From an uncultured Actinomycetota bacterium (lineage in GTDB: Bacteria > Actinomycetota > Actinomycetes > CAVWCF01), in NCBI GenBank assembly GCA_963753435.1, contig CAVWCF010000002.1:96001-160000 (forward strand): a stretch of DNA of 64,000 bases, written 5' to 3'. Shown in pieces: positions 59,790-64,000 of the stretch; the first letter of the stretch is position 1, and every line of letters starts with the position of its first letter. The position numbers were made by a program, and so were the translations under genes. A model generated the notes under the pieces. That model was not told where the DNA came from and did not search any database. It was given only the letters and a program-made list of their open reading frames with translations.

Positions 59790-60806
59790 GTGGTGGCAAC
59801 GCGCATCCTCGTGGCGCCGGACAAGTTCGCCGGCACCCTTACTGCGGCGGCGGCCGCTGCTGCGATCGCGCAGGGCTGGCGGCGCCGGGTCCCGGAAGCG
59901 GTGTGCGACTTGGCACCGCTGGCAGACGGCGGCCCCGGTTTCGTGCGAACCATGCATGCCGCCTTGGGTGGTGAAGTCCGCCAATGCCCGACGACCGGGC
60001 CGACCGGCGACCCGGTGACGGCAGAGTGGCTGTGGACGCCCGACACCGCCTATGTAGAGGCGGCAGAGGCCGCGGGCCTGCATCTGACGGCCGAGCCGCG
60101 CAATGCCATGGCCGCCTCCTCCGCGGGTCTGGCCGCGGTTCTTGCGGCTGCCGCCGGGTCCGGAGTGACCGCGGTGGTGGTTGGGGTCGGCGGCACGGGC
60201 AGCACCGATGGCGGCAGGGACCTGGTGCTGGCACTACGACCGTGGCCGGAAACAGTTGAGCTGGTCGTCGCCACCGATGTCGACAATCCGCTCCTGGGGC
60301 CGGATGGGGCGGCAGCGGTGTTCGGACCGCAGAAGGGTGCGGATGCGGCTCAGGTACGTGCCCTGGAGGAGCGGCTGCGGTCATGGGCGGCGGAGTGCCG
60401 CGTTGATCCGGAGTTGCCCGGCGCCGGGGCCGGGGGCGGGCTTGGCTACGGCCTGATGGCCCTGGGGGCGCGGCGGGTGTCCGGCGCCCAGGTGGTGCTG
60501 GACGCGGTGCTGTCCGCAGATCGCCTCGCCGCCGCCGACATTGTCGTCACCGGTGAGGGTTCCTTCGACTTTCAGAGCCTGCGGGGCAAACTCATCAGCT
60601 CGGTGGCCGGGAGGGCCCAGGGCGCTGGACTGCCCTGCCTCGTGCTGGCCGGGCAGGTCAGCGTGGGCCGGCGCGAGGCAGCCGCTGCGGGCATCGAGGC
60701 CTGCTACTCGATGGCGGAAAGATTCGGACCCGCGGAAGCGTTGGCCAATGCCGAGGCGCGACTGGCGGACCTGGCTGCGGAGGTCGCAGGGTCCTGGAGT
60801 CGCTGA
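59790..60806 (+). CDS. Glycerate kinase
   Basis: VAPDKFAG, PLADGG, GGTGSTDGG, DVDNPL, FGPQKG, TGEG. Confidence 0.92.
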   Translation: MVATRILVAPDKFAGTLTAAAAAAAIAQGWRRRVPEAVCDLAPLADGGPGFVRTMHAALGGEVRQCPTTGPTGDPVTAEWLWTPDTAYVEAAEAAGLHLTAEPRNAMAASSAGLAAVLAAAAGSGVTAVVVGVGGTGSTDGGRDLVLALRPWPETVELVVATDVDNPLLGPDGAAAVFGPQKGADAAQVRALEERLRSWAAECRVDPELPGAGAGGGLGYGLMALGARRVSGAQVVLDAVLSADRLAAADIVVTGEGSFDFQSLRGKLISSVAGRAQGAGLPCLVLAGQVSVGRREAAAAGIEACYSMAERFGPAEALANAEARLADLAAEVAGSWSR

Positions 60807-60924
60807 GCGGCGAGTGTCGGGTGTCCGGGTTTGCTGCGGTGTGTCAGTATGGAATACCGCTGCTGGCACCTTGGTTGCCGACAGTGACAAGCCCAAGCCA
60901 GTGACGATCGAACAAGGAGTGCAA

Positions 60925-61272
60925 GTGACCGTCACCCCTGACACCACCACCGGCGTGGTGCTGACCGAGACCGCCGCCTCGAAGGTCAAGAACCTCTTGG
61001 AGCAGGAAGGTCGCAGCGACCTGGCTCTTCGAGTGGCCGTTCAGCCGGGTGGTTGCTCGGGCCTGCGATACCAGTTGTTCTTCGACGAGCGCACGCTCGA
61101 CGGTGACGCCACCCACGAGTACGACGGTTTCAGCGTGGTCGTGGACCGCATGAGCGTTCCGTACCTCAAGGGCGCATCCATCGATTTCGTGGACACCATT
61201 GAGAAGCAGGGCTTCACCATCGACAACCCCAACGCGACGGGTTCGTGCGCCTGTGGGGACTCCTTCCACTAA
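60925..61272 (+). CDS. erpA: A-type Fe-S carrier (HesB/IscA/ErpA)
   Basis: GGCSG, CACGDSF; AGGAG SD. Confidence 0.92.
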   Translation: MTVTPDTTTGVVLTETAASKVKNLLEQEGRSDLALRVAVQPGGCSGLRYQLFFDERTLDGDATHEYDGFSVVVDRMSVPYLKGASIDFVDTIEKQGFTIDNPNATGSCACGDSFH

Positions 61273-61354
61273 GCCAGATCCTTTCCCCTCCTCCAGTAGA
61301 CGAGGCGGTATCCCTTCCGGGATGCCGCCTCGTTGCGCGTCCTAGGGTCGACTC

Positions 61355-62005
61355 ATGGCCGCCGACCCGGACGACGAAGTCGTCGCCGTCGGCGGGGACC
61401 TCAGCCTCACCAGCCTGGAAACGGCTTATACGCATGGGGCGTTCCCGATGCGGCTCGGCGGCCTGTCCGGTCCACTTGGCTGGTGGTCCCCGGACCCCCG
61501 CGGGGTTATTCCGCTGAGCGGCTTGCGCGTTTCCCGATCGCTGCGCCGGTCCTTGCGCCGATACGAGGTAAGCGTCGACACGGCGTTTGCGGAAGTAATC
61601 GAGGCATGTGCAAGGCGCGCCGAGCCGGACGCCGGCTGGATCGGCCCGGACTTTCGCCGCGCCTACACCCTGGCGCACGAGCGGGGGATCGCCCACAGCG
61701 TGGAGGTCTGGTCCGAATCCGAACTCGTTGGCGGCCTCTATGGCGTCGGTTACGGCGGACTGTTCGCCGGGGAGTCGATGTTCAGTCGGGCGCCGGACGC
61801 GTCCAAAGTCGCCTTGGTAGCCCTGGTCCACCTGCTCAATGCCGACTCGGATGAACGCAGGCTCCTCGATGTCCAGTGGGTGACCCCGCACCTGAGTTCG
61901 CTCGGGGCGGTGGCGATGCCACGTGCCGAATACCTGCTCCGGCTACGTGCGGCGTTGCGGGCGCCAGAGCCGGAATGGGTGCTCCCGCCGACCTACCCGG
62001 GCTGA
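61355..62005 (+). CDS. aat: Leucyl/phenylalanyl-tRNA--protein transferase
   Basis: GGDL, WWSPDPR, HSVEVW, GGLYG, GESMFS, DASK. Confidence 0.93.
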   Translation: MAADPDDEVVAVGGDLSLTSLETAYTHGAFPMRLGGLSGPLGWWSPDPRGVIPLSGLRVSRSLRRSLRRYEVSVDTAFAEVIEACARRAEPDAGWIGPDFRRAYTLAHERGIAHSVEVWSESELVGGLYGVGYGGLFAGESMFSRAPDASKVALVALVHLLNADSDERRLLDVQWVTPHLSSLGAVAMPRAEYLLRLRAALRAPEPEWVLPPTYPG

Positions 62006-62249
62006 TTCGAACCAGGTAGGCGGGCGCATTGCTGCCGGCCAGGGTCAGCGGCCCACCCAGGAACTCGTGGTGCCGCATCCGGCACCACGCCGCTACGTCA
62101 GTGGCCGCGGCCGGATCCCGCGCCAGGACGGCCAACACCGATCCCGGTGCCGCGGTTGCAGCAGCCCTGGCCAGTTCGATGACTGGTCCCGGGCAGACCA
62201 GCCCGCTCGCGTCTACGACCAGGTCTGGTAGCGGGTGGCCGGAAGTCAC
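61836..62249 (-). CDS. TusA-family sulfur carrier (core ends ~62000; extended tail overlaps aat)
   Basis: VDASGLVCPGPV, DPAAATDVAAWC. Confidence 0.8.
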   Translation of the reverse strand: MTSGHPLPDLVVDASGLVCPGPVIELARAAATAAPGSVLAVLARDPAAATDVAAWCRMRHHEFLGGPLTLAGSNAPAYLVRISPGRSAGAPIPALAPATPHVAGAGIRHVASPPPRANSGAGSPTGHRGACVHPSRH

Positions 62250-63439
62250 AGGCCCGCCGCGTCGTTGCTGCCGCGCGCGCGTGCGACGGCAGTGGGCAGG
62301 TGGGCGAGCAAACGATCAATATCCGACTCCGGGCAACCCCGCGGTAGGGAGATCCGCAGGTTGCCCTGGGTCAGGGCGCCCATGGCCGCTAGCACGTGGG
62401 ACGGCCCGATGGTCTCGTTGTCGGCGGCACAGGCCGATCCGGAACTGCAGGAGAACCCGGCCCGGTCCAACTCGTCGAGCAGGGCGTCGCCGGCCACGTA
62501 GAGGAACGACACCGTGAGTACGTGGGGGAGTCGCTCGGTCGGATGACCCAGCACCACCGCGTCCGCGATGCGGGCTGGGATCTCCGCGCGCAGCCGATCG
62601 ATGAGCGCCGAGAGCCGGTGGTCTTCTTGCTGGGCATTCGCGGCAATCGCCTCGGCAGCGGCCGCGGCCGCAACGACCAAGGGCACCGGTACCGGCCCCG
62701 GCCAGGAACCCCGCTCGCTGCGATCCCCGACCAGCGGTGGGTCGAACCCTGTGCGCAGCCCCAGGCAGCCGACCCCGGGCGGTGCGCCCCACAGTCTCGG
62801 ATCAGCCCAGAACACCGTCCAATCCGGCGGGAGTGGGAGCCGCCCCGCGGACGTGCTGGCGTCCACCAGGAGTGGGACCCCGAGTGCCTGCGTGCCGGAC
62901 CCGACGGCCGCAACCGGTTGGCGGGTACCCACCTCGTGGTTGGCGATCTGCAGGACGGCCGCAGCGGTCCGGGCATTCACCCCCGCCAAGAACTCCTCGG
63001 CTGCAACCGCGCCGTGGCCGTCCACGGGCACCCGGCGCACCGGCAGGCCGGAGGCCGCGAGTCGATCCGCTTCGGCCAGAAGGCCGCTGTGTTCGACGGC
63101 GCTGATGACCAAGCCGGAACCTGCCGAGTCTCGGCCCAGCCGACGCAGCCGGGCGGACGTGACGCCGCGAATAGCGGCCTGGCCGGCGACCTGCGCGGAC
63201 GGCAGAAAGTGCAACTCCTCAGCTCGGCAGCCCAGGAAACCCGCGAGGGACTGCCTCGCGGTGTCCAGCAGCAGCCTCGATCGTCGTCCCAGCGAATACC
63301 GGCGACCCGGGTCGGCCCAGCCCCCGGATTCGATCGCCGCCAACGCCGCTGGGTGGATTGGTTCCGCGGTGGCTGCGTCCAGGTAGCCGGGTGGCGGCGG
63401 CGGGGTCCGCATGAGGTCAGCAGGGGGCGAATCCGGCAC
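62246..63439 (-). CDS. Cysteine desulfurase-like class V aminotransferase (lacks the PLP lysine)
   Basis: YLDAA, VEH, ANHEVGT, SSGSAC, SHVL.AM, LRIS; ADPRLWGAP replaces SAHKWGGP. Confidence 0.85.
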   Translation of the reverse strand: MPDSPPADLMRTPPPPPGYLDAATAEPIHPAALAAIESGGWADPGRRYSLGRRSRLLLDTARQSLAGFLGCRAEELHFLPSAQVAGQAAIRGVTSARLRRLGRDSAGSGLVISAVEHSGLLAEADRLAASGLPVRRVPVDGHGAVAAEEFLAGVNARTAAAVLQIANHEVGTRQPVAAVGSGTQALGVPLLVDASTSAGRLPLPPDWTVFWADPRLWGAPPGVGCLGLRTGFDPPLVGDRSERGSWPGPVPVPLVVAAAAAAEAIAANAQQEDHRLSALIDRLRAEIPARIADAVVLGHPTERLPHVLTVSFLYVAGDALLDELDRAGFSCSSGSACAADNETIGPSHVLAAMGALTQGNLRISLPRGCPESDIDRLLAHLPTAVARARGSNDAAGL

Positions 63440-63604
63440 GATCGTGACGCTAGTGCAGTAGGTCCGGGTGCCGGTGTCGGTCGCTGTGGGAGGGGCCTTC
63501 GCGCCGCGAGCGCGCCGAAGTGCCTGACTGCCTCCGTTCCCGATGTGGCCTGCGGTAGATTTTCGGCCGTTCCATCGGCAGTTGCGGTCCGAGAAAGGCG
63601 GCTT

Positions 63605-64000
63605 GTGAGTTCACAACCAACTGAGCGTGTTCCCAGTCGGGGACGGCGCCGGATCGGTCTGCTGTTGACCATGCCCTTGGTCGGGCTCCTGCTCGCGTCC
63701 TGCTCGAGCGAAGAGTTGCCCCGGCTGGGGTTCCCGGAGCCGGCGACGGACGAAGGGCCGACGATCCTCTGGCTTTGGCAGAGCTTCTGGGTGACCGCCT
63801 TCGTGGTCGGCGGCTTGACCCTGGCGCTGATCCTGTTCGCCGCTCTCTACTACCGGCGTCGCGGCGCGGATGCGCCCGAGCAGACCCGGTACAACATCCC
63901 GATCGAGATCCTGTACACGGTCGTGCCACTGATCATCGTCGCGGTGCTCTTCGTGTTCACCGCTCGCGACGAGTCCCGACTCACGGCTCTGAGCGATGAT
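63605..64000 (+). CDS. ctaC: Cytochrome c oxidase subunit II, 3' end outside window
   Basis: Manual translation from GTG 63605 (GAAAGG SD): LLASC lipobox, LWQ..W, PEQTRYNIPIEILYTVVP. Missed by the ORF track. Confidence 0.9.
   Translation, partial: MSSQPTERVPSRGRRRIGLLLTMPLVGLLLASCSSEELPRLGFPEPATDEGPTILWLWQSFWVTAFVVGGLTLALILFAALYYRRRGADAPEQTRYNIPIEILYTVVPLIIVAVLFVFTARDESRLTALSDD

Overview
High-GC actinobacterial chromosome segment, judged from gene content and order. Left ~15 kb is an accessory cell-surface locus on the minus strand. It holds a glycine-rich protein with three CW_binding_2-like repeats, a membrane-anchored protein, a ~1490-aa secreted protein (fibrinogen-like, propeller-like and FN3 parts), a CDP-alcohol phosphotransferase, Wzy-like and Wzx-like proteins, three glycosyltransferases, and a secreted GH16-like protein truncated by the window edge and absent from the ORF track. 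The two large secreted proteins share a ~165-aa domain (five copies in total), and each gene carries an exact or near-exact DNA duplication of it. The rest is the conserved actinobacterial core: map, npdG, panB, nadE, glnA2-glnE, glnA1 with GlnR boxes, lipAB, sucB-lpdA, pepA, gcvT, cobT, pspA-htpX, nadA, erpA, aat, tusA with a desulfurase-like gene, and ctaC. Highlights are a cobalamin-riboswitch operon whose two surface proteins may form a split transcobalamin-like B12-capture system feeding an ECF transporter, a CobT lacking its catalytic Glu, and a desulfurase-like protein lacking the PLP lysine. Also notable are an RCC-reductase-like gene, a CsoR-type operator over a CMD-rhodanese operon and a stand-alone histone-H1-like repeat protein. 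Five genes carry single-base frameshifts, probably sequencing errors. No tRNA, rRNA, transposase or CRISPR array was seen. All calls come from motif recognition by eye, with no database searches.
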